DNA of 64,000 nt from assembly GCA_034670305.1 (NCBI GenBank), contig JAXMNT010000033.1, positions 1 through 64,000 of the forward strand, given 5' to 3'. The DNA is from Deltaproteobacteria bacterium. Its GTDB lineage: Bacteria; Myxococcota_A; Polyangia; Polyangiales; Houyiibacteriaceae. Position numbers and translations under genes: made by a program. Below are positions 56,239-64,000 of this stretch, piece after piece (the first letter of the stretch is position 1; each line of letters starts with the position of its first letter). The notes beneath the pieces are model-generated. The model ran no database searches. It was not told the DNA's origin and saw nothing but the letters and a program-made list of their open reading frames with translations.

Positions 56239-57960
56239 TCAGCGGCCCTTCTTCTGAGCGCCCATCTTCTTCGCGAGCTTCGCCCAACTGTCTTTGAGCG
56301 TGATCGTTCGGTGAAAGACCGCGTCTGCGACCCCGTCCGACACGATGCGGTCCAGCACGAAGTACCCGAGCCGCTCGAACTGCACGCGGGTTCCAGCCGC
56401 CAGCCCACGCACCGAGGGTTCCGCGACCCCGTGGACGTCCTCGAGGCTCTCCGGGTTCAAGTGGGCGCGGAAGTCGTCTCCTTCGGACGGGTCCTCGGAC
56501 GAGAAGAGCCGCTCGTAGAGCCGCGCCTGGATCGGCACGCCCTTCTCCGCGCTCACCCAGTGCAGGGTGCCGCGCACCTTCCGGCCGTCCGCCGGGCTGC
56601 CGCCGCCACTCTCCGGATCCCACGTGCAGCGAAGTTCGATCACTTCGCCCGCGTCGTTGCGGACGACCTCGTCGCAGGTGATGAGCGCCGCGCCCCGAAG
56701 CCGGACCTCGCGGCCTAGACCCAGCCGGAACCACTTCTTGGGCGGGTCGTCCATGTAGTCGTCCTGCTCGACGTAGACGGTGCGGGTCAGCACCACCTTC
56801 CGGGTGCCGGCGCTCTCGTCGTGCGGGAGGTTCGGCACCTCGTACTCGTGGGCTTCGCCTTCGGGGAAGTTCGTCAGCGTGACCTTGAGCGGGCGAAGCA
56901 CCGCCATGATGCGGTGCGAGGTCGCGTTGAGGTCTTCGCGCAGTTCGTGCTCGAGCAGACCGACGTCGACGAGGCCACCGTGTTTGGACACGCCGATCCG
57001 CTCGCAGAACGCGCGCAGCGACGACGCCGTGTACCCGCGGCGCCGCATGCCGGAGAGCGTCGGCATCCGGGGATCGTCCCAGCCTTCGACCACGCCCTCT
57101 TCCACGAGCGACAAGAGCTTGCGCTTGGACAGCAGTGTGTACGAGAGCGCGAGCCGACCGAACTCGATCTGGCGGGGCGGCGACTCGATCTCGAGCGCGG
57201 CCAAGAACCAATCGTAGAGCGCGCGGTGGTTGACGAACTCGAGCGAACAGACCGAGTGCGTGACTCCTTCGATCGCGTCCGACTGCCCGTGGGCCCAGTC
57301 GTACATCGGGTAGATGCACCAGGTGTCGCCGGTGCGGTGGTGGGTCACTTTTCGGATCCGGTACATGAGCGGATCTCGCAGCTTCAGATCCTTCGACGCG
57401 AGGTCGATCTTCGCGCGCAGCACCGCGGCGCCTTCGTCGAATCCGCCCGCCTTCATCTTCGCGAAGAGCTCGAGGTTCTCCTCGACCGACCGGTCGCGAT
57501 CGGCGCTCGCTTCGCCGACGCGGTGGAAGTCTCCTCGGGTCGCGCGGATCTCCTCTTCGCTTCGGAGGTCGACGTACGCGAGCCCCTTCTCGATCAATTG
57601 CACCGCCCAGTCGTGCAGCTGCTGGAAGTAGTCGGACGCGAAGTGTTCGTGTTCGCCCCACGAGAAGCCGAGCCACTCGATGTCCGCCTTGATGGCGTCG
57701 ACGTACTCGGTGGACTCCTTCTCCGGGTTGGTGTCGTCGAAGCGGAGGTTGGTGTGGGCTTCTTTCAACCCGCGGTCGCGTCCGATCTGCGCGAGCCCGA
57801 AGTTCAAGCAGATGGCTTTCGCGTGGCCGATGTGCAGGTAGCCATTGGGCTCCGGCGGGAACCGAGTGACAACGCGCTGAGCCCGTCCGCTCTCGATCTC
57901 GCCCTCCACGAGCTCCGCCACGAAGTTGCCCGGCTGTCCCTCATCGCGCTCTGCGTTCAT
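56239..57960 (-). CDS. glnS: Glutaminyl-tRNA synthetase
   Basis: TRFPPEPNGYLHIGHAK, LRFDDTNP.KE, YPMYD..H, CSLEF, LSKRKL, WDDPRMPT, G.LHWV, QFERLGYF. Confidence 0.98.
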   Translation of the reverse strand: MNAERDEGQPGNFVAELVEGEIESGRAQRVVTRFPPEPNGYLHIGHAKAICLNFGLAQIGRDRGLKEAHTNLRFDDTNPEKESTEYVDAIKADIEWLGFSWGEHEHFASDYFQQLHDWAVQLIEKGLAYVDLRSEEEIRATRGDFHRVGEASADRDRSVEENLELFAKMKAGGFDEGAAVLRAKIDLASKDLKLRDPLMYRIRKVTHHRTGDTWCIYPMYDWAHGQSDAIEGVTHSVCSLEFVNHRALYDWFLAALEIESPPRQIEFGRLALSYTLLSKRKLLSLVEEGVVEGWDDPRMPTLSGMRRRGYTASSLRAFCERIGVSKHGGLVDVGLLEHELREDLNATSHRIMAVLRPLKVTLTNFPEGEAHEYEVPNLPHDESAGTRKVVLTRTVYVEQDDYMDDPPKKWFRLGLGREVRLRGAALITCDEVVRNDAGEVIELRCTWDPESGGGSPADGRKVRGTLHWVSAEKGVPIQARLYERLFSSEDPSEGDDFRAHLNPESLEDVHGVAEPSVRGLAAGTRVQFERLGYFVLDRIVSDGVADAVFHRTITLKDSWAKLAKKMGAQKKGR

Positions 57961-58060
57961 GCGTCGACGCTACACGTCCCACCGACCCGGGCAAGCGGTT
58001 CTTGGCGTCCCAGACCACAGCCGCGCGTGGTGCGCCGCGCGCTCGGGCCCGATCTGGAGC

Positions 58061-58903
58061 TCAGGTCGACGACAAGAGCTGGGCGAACCGGGGGGCGCCC
58101 GAGCGGCGCACGGTCCGGACGGTCGCGCAGGTGGTGTCGCCGCAGCCGATCTCATGGTCGAACACCAGCTCGTCCGCCGAGACGCGGCCCACCCGCCGGG
58201 TGCGCACCCAAGCCGATTCTCCGGCCACCATGCCCTTGCTGTACGACACCTTCTCGGCCACCGGGACGAGCTCCGCCGGGTCCATGCCCGCGTCGGCCAT
58301 CGCGCGCGACACCGACTCGTCCGCCCAGTCGAGGTACGCCGGATGGTTCACGTGGGCGAGGGGATCCATCCAGGTGTGCCAGACCTGGAACTCGAAGCCG
58401 CCCGTCTGGGCTGCGGAGGTACCGGCCGCTTCTTCGGTCTCGAACGCCGGCATCGCGGGCACCGAGTCCGGGTCGAGGTCGACCACCGGAAACGCATCGC
58501 TCAAAGAGGCCGGCGCGCGCGCTGCGGCGAGCTGCAAGATCCCCTCGCCGTCTTTCTCCGCATGCACGTGCACCCACTCCTGGGAGCCGCGTGCGATGTC
58601 ACCGCGGTCGCTCGTGATCCGGATCTCTCGCGTGGAGAAGATGCCGCGGCGAAACCGGCGCACCCAGGTCTTCGCGTGGAGCGTCTCCCCGTAGACCGCC
58701 TCCCGGTCGTGCACGACCGTCATCGAACGCATCACGAACGCGGACCCGGTCTCGCGGTACCGGCCCGGAGGCCAACCCGCGCGGGTCGATCCCTCGACGG
58801 CGACCTCTTGCATGGCCCGCCACACATCCCCGGCCCTCGCCGCGTCACGCACCGAGAACGCGTGGCGGGGCAAGCCGACTTCGAAACTCCACTCCGACTG
58901 CAC
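58061..58903 (-). CDS. Acyl-ACP thioesterase-like (double hotdog) protein
   Basis: QEVA...S...G, TW...R, QEWVHV, D.LAHVNHPAYLDW..E catalytic motif; 3' part of the long antisense ORF. Start approximate. Confidence 0.8.
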   Translation of the reverse strand: MQSEWSFEVGLPRHAFSVRDAARAGDVWRAMQEVAVEGSTRAGWPPGRYRETGSAFVMRSMTVVHDREAVYGETLHAKTWVRRFRRGIFSTREIRITSDRGDIARGSQEWVHVHAEKDGEGILQLAAARAPASLSDAFPVVDLDPDSVPAMPAFETEEAAGTSAAQTGGFEFQVWHTWMDPLAHVNHPAYLDWADESVSRAMADAGMDPAELVPVAEKVSYSKGMVAGESAWVRTRRVGRVSADELVFDHEIGCGDTTCATVRTVRRSGAPRFAQLLSST

Positions 58904-59002
58904 GACGCTCTTTACCGCCCCGCGACAGTCGGCGCACGGGGGTTCCTGGCCCGAACCTGCGGACCCTTCCTTGGCGGGTACGCGGCTGGTACGGTCACAC
59001 CG

Positions 59003-60400
59003 ATGGTCAGCATCGGATCGACCGTCGGTCGATACGAGATTGTGGCTCAGCTCGACTCGGGCGGAATGGCGGACCTCTTCCTCGGCCGGCGGGCACGGGA
59101 CGGCCGTTGCTTCGCGCTGAAGTCCCCGAAGACGCCCAAAGACCCGGCCGATCCGCTGCGGCGCATGTTTCTCGACGAAGCCCGGATCGCCGCGCACATC
59201 CGCCACGAGAACGTCGTCCAGATCGAAGAGCTCGTCGAAGTCGACGGTCGGCCCTTTCTGGTCATGGAATATCTGCCCGGGCTCTCGCTGAGCGGGCTCT
59301 TGCGCGAAGTCGTCAAACGGCAGCGCCGCCTCACCCCCGTCAGCGCGGTGGCCATCGGCGCACAGATCGCCGCCGGCTTGCACGCCGCGCATGAGACCAA
59401 GGACTCCGGTGGCCAGCTGCTGAACGTGGTGCACCGCGACATCAGCCCGCAGAACATCATTCTCTCCGCCAACGGCGACATCAAACTCATCGACTTCGGC
59501 ATCGCGAAAGCGCGCGACCGGCTGGTGAAGACACGCGCCAACCAGGTGAAGGGCAAGCTCCGCTACATGGCGCCCGAGCAGATGCGCCAGCAGCCGATGG
59601 ATCGCCGCACCGACATCTTCGCGCTCGGCATCGTGCTCTGGGAGATGCTCGCGATGCGCCGGCTCTTCCATCGGCTGGGCGACGCGGAGGTCGTGCGTCG
59701 CATCATGGCGGGAGAGTTCTCGCCCCCCGGAAAGTTTGCGCCGGTCCCCCACGACGTCGACCAGCTGGTGCTGCGGTGTCTGGATCCCGATCCCGAGCGA
59801 CGTCCCGCCACCGCCGACGCCCTGCGCGCGGGTCTCTTGGCCGCGGTCCCTGGCGCCGCGGCGCTCGAGCGGAACGAGATCGCGTCGCTCGTCTGGGCCA
59901 TGCACGGCTCGCAGCTGATGCATCACATCGCCACGCTCTCGGTGACCGCCCAGGATCTGGGCCTTTCCAAACCGCCGATGTCGGCGGACGAGATCGTGCC
60001 GCTCCGGACCGAACCGATGGAACAGGACGCCGCCGTCCTCGCCCTCGCGGAAGACGACGCCACCGAAGCGGGCATGTCGCTCCCCACCGACTCGAGCGTC
60101 GCGGTGCTCGACCGCGACAAGGCGCCCGCGGCCCAGGTCTTCGCACCGCCCCCCAAAGTGCTCGCGCCCATCGCTGCGCCATCGGTGCCGGCCGTCGACG
60201 AGAGCCCCCCGCTGCCGCGCATCTCCCACCGCCCTTCTCCCGTGCCACCCCCGCCCAGCATTCAACCCGCCGCCGACTTGGACGACGGATACCAGCCCGT
60301 TCGCACGATGGGCCGCGGGGTGTGGGTGGTGCTCGCGGTGGTGATCCTGGTCGGATTCGCCCTCGCCGCCTGGGCCGCCGCCGGTTTCCCAGGCTCCTGA
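59003..60400 (+). CDS. Hanks-type Ser/Thr protein kinase with C-terminal TM
   Basis: GGMA, ALK, FLDEARIA, HRDISPQN, IDFGIAK, GK.RYMAPEQ, DIFALG. Confidence 0.95.
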   Translation: MVSIGSTVGRYEIVAQLDSGGMADLFLGRRARDGRCFALKSPKTPKDPADPLRRMFLDEARIAAHIRHENVVQIEELVEVDGRPFLVMEYLPGLSLSGLLREVVKRQRRLTPVSAVAIGAQIAAGLHAAHETKDSGGQLLNVVHRDISPQNIILSANGDIKLIDFGIAKARDRLVKTRANQVKGKLRYMAPEQMRQQPMDRRTDIFALGIVLWEMLAMRRLFHRLGDAEVVRRIMAGEFSPPGKFAPVPHDVDQLVLRCLDPDPERRPATADALRAGLLAAVPGAAALERNEIASLVWAMHGSQLMHHIATLSVTAQDLGLSKPPMSADEIVPLRTEPMEQDAAVLALAEDDATEAGMSLPTDSSVAVLDRDKAPAAQVFAPPPKVLAPIAAPSVPAVDESPPLPRISHRPSPVPPPPSIQPAADLDDGYQPVRTMGRGVWVVLAVVILVGFALAAWAAAGFPGS

Positions 60401-60442
60401 GGAAGCCCGCAAGAGACGCCAGGGCGTGGTACCGTCCGGTGC

Positions 60443-61792
60443 GTGTCCGCCCGCCCGATTCCCCCGCGGCTTGGCGCCTACGAGATCCTCTCGGAGGTCA
60501 AAAGCGGCGGAATGGCCACGCTCTACCTCGGGCGCCGATCGGGACCGGCTGGGTTCTCTCGAACGGTCGCGATCAAGGTCCTCAAAGACCACCTCGCGCA
60601 CAACACCCAGTTCATCAAGATGTTCATCGACGAGGCGCGCATCGCCTCTCGGATCACGCACCCCAACGTGGTGCACATCGAAGAACTGGGAGAAGCGCAC
60701 GGCCAGTACTTCCTCGTCATGGAGTACGTGCACGGCGCGTCGCTCGGGGAGTTCCTCACGCGCGTGGCGCAGATGGAGCGAAGGCTTCACCCGAAAGCGG
60801 CCGTCGCCGTGATCATGGCCGCCGCCGCTGGGCTTCACGCCGCCCACGAGACCCGGGACGACGAAGGCAACCTGCTCAACGTCGTGCACCGCGACGTCAG
60901 CCCGCAGAACATCCTCGTCGGCGCCAAGGGCGAGGTGAAGCTCATCGACTTCGGCATCGCCAAGGCGCGCAACCGGCTTCACGTGACGGACGCGAGCGGC
61001 GGGCTCAAGGGCAAGCTGCGCTACATGGCCCCCGAGCAGCTCGAGCGCGGCGAGGTCGACCGACGCGTCGACGTCTACGCTCTCGCGGTCGTGCTCTGGG
61101 AGATCCTCGCGATGCGCCGGCTCTTTCACGGCGCGTCCGATCCCGAAGTCATCCAGCGCATCACCCGCGGCCAGCTCCCACCGCCCGGCGCGTTCGCCGA
61201 CGTGCCCTTCGCGCTCGACGCGGTGGTGATGAAGGCCCTGAGTCACGACCCGGACAAACGGCCACAGACCGCGCGTGCATTTCGACAGGCGCTCAAGGAC
61301 GCGATCCCCGAAGCCGCCGCCGTCGACCCGGTCGAGCTCGCGTCGCTTCTCACCGCCACGATGGGTCTGGAGCTGGCCGAACGGGAAGGACGGCTGACCG
61401 GCCGCCCGTCGGGCAGCATGAGCACGTCCGAGCTCGACGTGCTTCCAGCCCAAGCGCTGCAGGATCTCACCGAACCGCTCGACCAGGTCGTGGGCGACCC
61501 CCAGACCGTGGTGGCGATGACCCCGATGAGCGACCGGGCCGTCGCGGTCCCAGCCCCCATGCTCGGCCGCAGTCCCAACGCTCCGTCCTTGCCGCCGGCC
61601 CCCGCCGCCCCTGTGCCCGCGCGGCCCGCAGGCCGAGGCATCGACTGGAAGACGATCGCCCTGATCATCGGAGGGTTGCTCGTCGGTGCGGCGATCGCCG
61701 GTGGCGCGATCTTCATCCTGCGCGCGAACCGGGCGCCGGAGCCGATCCTCACCCCGCTGCCCACCCACGAAGCCCCGATCCCGCCCGGCTGA
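60443..61792 (+). CDS. Hanks-type Ser/Thr protein kinase with C-terminal TM
   Basis: GGMA, VAIK, FIDEARIA, HRDVSPQN, IDFGIAK, GKLRYMAPEQ. Confidence 0.95.
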   Translation: MSARPIPPRLGAYEILSEVKSGGMATLYLGRRSGPAGFSRTVAIKVLKDHLAHNTQFIKMFIDEARIASRITHPNVVHIEELGEAHGQYFLVMEYVHGASLGEFLTRVAQMERRLHPKAAVAVIMAAAAGLHAAHETRDDEGNLLNVVHRDVSPQNILVGAKGEVKLIDFGIAKARNRLHVTDASGGLKGKLRYMAPEQLERGEVDRRVDVYALAVVLWEILAMRRLFHGASDPEVIQRITRGQLPPPGAFADVPFALDAVVMKALSHDPDKRPQTARAFRQALKDAIPEAAAVDPVELASLLTATMGLELAEREGRLTGRPSGSMSTSELDVLPAQALQDLTEPLDQVVGDPQTVVAMTPMSDRAVAVPAPMLGRSPNAPSLPPAPAAPVPARPAGRGIDWKTIALIIGGLLVGAAIAGGAIFILRANRAPEPILTPLPTHEAPIPPG

Positions 61793-61832
61793 TCGTCTCT
61801 CGCAGCGGCGCCGACACAGGTATGCTCGCGCC

Positions 61833-62237
61833 ATGAGTACCTCCCTCCGCTTCGTCGTCGCGTGTGTTGCCCTCTCCGCGTGTGCGTCCGGTCCGCAGAT
61901 CGCCCCCGAACAGCGGCTTGCCGATCTCGCCGCGGCCACCCACACGCCGGTGGGGTCACCGGACGACGCGGCCGCCAACAGCTTGGTCGTGCAGGGGGTC
62001 GTCGACCACGACACCCTCATGCGCATGGCACGCCATGAAGTCGAAGAAGCCATCGGCCGCGGCGAGACGTGCTCGCGTCACCCGCGCTGCGGCACCAACG
62101 GGTTCAACGACGACGACTGGTTCTACTCCGTCGGCACCCAGCGCGAGGGGTACGCGGGGGCGGTGCCGATCCTGATTGTCGGATTCGACCGCGAGGGTCG
62201 CGTGACCCGCGTGTGGAACCTCCGCATGCACGACTGA
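61833..62237 (+). CDS. Hypothetical lipoprotein
   Basis: Lipobox LSAC; 'EV...IG.G...W.Y..G...L.V.FD..GRV' resembles a BamE/SmpA-like fold (weak). Confidence 0.7.
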   Translation: MSTSLRFVVACVALSACASGPQIAPEQRLADLAAATHTPVGSPDDAAANSLVVQGVVDHDTLMRMARHEVEEAIGRGETCSRHPRCGTNGFNDDDWFYSVGTQREGYAGAVPILIVGFDREGRVTRVWNLRMHD

Positions 62238-64000
62238 TGTCCCTGCGCTGCATGCTCGCGGCGTTCGGGATCTGGCTCGGCGCTTGGACGGCCACCGCTT
62301 CTGCGGAGGCGGTGATCGGACCAGGCCGGGAAGCGGAGGTCGAAGGGCTCTTCGCGCCACACCGACTCGGCGCCGAAGTGCCCGCGGGGTCGGGGCGGTA
62401 CTTCGTCTCGATCGCGATCGAGATCGACACCATCGAGCTCGGCATCGGACCCACGCCGACGTCGCCGGCAGACGAACGTTTGGTGCTCACGCGTCGCATT
62501 CAGCTTGGCGAGTCCGCGAGTTTTTCGGTGGATCGGGAGACGGACTCAGCGAGCGCAGACGCGCTCGTGGACGCCCTCGTGGCGAACGACGACGGGACGT
62601 TCTGGGATCGCGCGTTCGTCCCCACACCGAATCGGGGGGGCCACGCCGGGCGGGACCGAGCCACCCTGGCGGTGTGGGTGGGCTGGGTGCCGTGGACGCA
62701 CCCAGTCTTCGGCGTCGTGGCGCTGCTCGCCGCGCTGCTCTTGATCCTGCTTTTGACCTGGCGCGCGTTCGGCATCCTGCACCCCAACCGACCAAGGGTG
62801 CGCATGGCGATGTCCGTGCTCGCCGTCGTCGTCGCGTCGGGTTTCGTCCGATGGGCGATCTCTCCGCGCAGCATGCTGGGGGCGTGGGTGTGGACACGGA
62901 ACACCGAGCTGCAGCGCTGGGTCTGGGACAGCGACGCGTTCACGCGCCTGAACGACTGGTGGGGCGGCAGCTGGCTGCTCGTGGACACATGGACGGGCGT
63001 CGGATTCGCGTGCGCGCTTCTGACCCCACTGGCCGTCTACGCCCACGGAGCGCTTCTGCTCGGGACCCACCAGCGGGGTCTGTGGGTGGCGGCATTCGTC
63101 GCGGCCTCCCCGATTCACATGCGGTTCTCGGCCAGCGAGGTCGCCTTCATCCCGTCGATCTTGTTCTCCTCGACCTTCTTCGCCGCGATGCACATCGCGC
63201 TCAAGGACCAGAGCCGCTGGCGGTTCGTCGGACTCGCGGCGCTGCCCCCGTTGTCGCTCTTGGTGGTGACCGCGCGCCCCCTGAACTTCCTGTTCGCCTT
63301 CTTGATGGTGGGCTGGCTCGTCTTCGCCTACCGGCGCCCGGAACCGAACGCCGGCTCCAGCACGACGCCCACGGACAGCACGGACAGCACTGCGACGCCC
63401 ACGGAAAGCACCGCGACGCCCACGGAAAGCACCGCGAGCGGATCGAATGGCGCTGCCGTGCCCTCGCCCGCACGACGCTGGCTGGTCGGCCTGATCGTCG
63501 CCATCCCGAGCGCCGCCGGCGCCTACGTGCACCTCTCCGAAAGCTATGGGTCGCAGGTTCAGCAAGGCGCCAGCCTGGACACCCTCTGGCGCGCCATTCC
63601 CGCGCTCTTCTCCCCCAAAGCCAACACCCTGCTCGACGCCTCGGTGACACCGCTCGCGATGCTCTTCTTCGTCGCGCTGGCGTTCCGATCGTGGAAGAAG
63701 GAACGGGCGCGCCTTGCGTTTCTGGTCGTGTGGTTTCTGGTCTTCTTCGGGACCCACGCGTTCGTCATCGTCGAGTCGGTGCTGATTCAGACCCGGTACC
63801 AGCTCCACCTGGTGGTTCCGATCGCCATGCTGGCGGCGCTCGGGATGACGAATGCGTGGAACGCGAGCCAACCCAGACCGGGCCGCTGGCCGTGGCAGCG
63901 GGGGGTGGTGCTGGTCCTGTGTGGCTGGGTCGGACTCGGACCAGTCCTCCACGCCGCATTCGTCACGGACCTGAGCTCGAACGACATCCAAGAGTTCGAG
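62237..64000 (+). CDS. Polytopic membrane protein, GT-C-like glycosyltransferase (truncated at window end; absent from the ORF track)
   Basis: ATG 62237 overlaps the upstream TGA. I read the frame as open: signal peptide, soluble N-domain, many TMs, 'P.HMRFSASE..IP' motif, later 'QTRYQL'. Confidence 0.7.
   Translation, partial: MSLRCMLAAFGIWLGAWTATASAEAVIGPGREAEVEGLFAPHRLGAEVPAGSGRYFVSIAIEIDTIELGIGPTPTSPADERLVLTRRIQLGESASFSVDRETDSASADALVDALVANDDGTFWDRAFVPTPNRGGHAGRDRATLAVWVGWVPWTHPVFGVVALLAALLLILLLTWRAFGILHPNRPRVRMAMSVLAVVVASGFVRWAISPRSMLGAWVWTRNTELQRWVWDSDAFTRLNDWWGGSWLLVDTWTGVGFACALLTPLAVYAHGALLLGTHQRGLWVAAFVAASPIHMRFSASEVAFIPSILFSSTFFAAMHIALKDQSRWRFVGLAALPPLSLLVVTARPLNFLFAFLMVGWLVFAYRRPEPNAGSSTTPTDSTDSTATPTESTATPTESTASGSNGAAVPSPARRWLVGLIVAIPSAAGAYVHLSESYGSQVQQGASLDTLWRAIPALFSPKANTLLDASVTPLAMLFFVALAFRSWKKERARLAFLVVWFLVFFGTHAFVIVESVLIQTRYQLHLVVPIAMLAALGMTNAWNASQPRPGRWPWQRGVVLVLCGWVGLGPVLHAAFVTDLSSNDIQEFE

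Noticed and set aside
56239-57960. glnS as a dedicated biosynthetic or self-resistance copy for the adjacent cluster
   Set aside because: The sequence looks like a canonical housekeeping GlnRS; adjacency alone is not evidence. Worth revisiting only if the genome has a second glnS.
2034-62053. Many long antisense or alternative-frame ORFs (e.g. 2615-4720, 13003-15663, 22107-24791, 36085-38682, 39102-42620, most of 58061-62053)
   Set aside because: Shadow ORFs expected at about 70% GC; they overlap genes with clear family motifs in another frame. Only the 3' parts of 16443-19178 and 58061-62053 are real genes.
1-64000. tRNA, rRNA, prophage, integrase or transposase genes
   Set aside because: No recognisable signatures seen by eye; short RNAs could have been missed without covariance searches.

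Overview
High-GC (~70% by eye) bacterial chromosomal segment, most likely from Myxococcota (Polyangia/Sandaracinaceae-like). This is inferred from a MYXO-CTERM-like anchor, tandem Hanks-type Ser/Thr kinases, many lipoproteins, a CYP51-ferredoxin fusion and a NavPp-type channel. Main contents in order: RCC1-repeat lipoprotein; ammonium transporter and porin; BtpA, a BacNav-type channel (filter TLEDWTD) and an orphan HExxH protein; sirtuin, LMF protein, histidine kinase, amidase fusion, yhbY and NRDE. Next is a complete group 1h (high-affinity, atmospheric-H2 type) [NiFe]-hydrogenase operon (20655-36231) with an embedded PAS-PP2C phosphatase, preceded by a CYP51-ferredoxin fusion and an Rv0762c-like gene. 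After VWA, esterase, methyltransferase and TfoX genes comes an unexplained tailoring-enzyme cluster (44761-56181): one single and one tandem-double radical SAM protein, two B12-dependent radical SAM proteins, three PhyH-like oxygenases with a non-canonical HxH...H metal motif, and two hypotheticals. Four of these proteins, and more weakly a nearby GT-C-like membrane protein, appear to share a small unannotated domain. This cluster is the best candidate for an undescribed system. The window ends with glnS, a thioesterase, two kinases and the GT-C-like gene. It is also dotted with hexamer-repeat arrays, some in frame inside genes, and has two copies of a hairpin-ended MITE-like element. All calls come from visual motif recognition; no searches were run.
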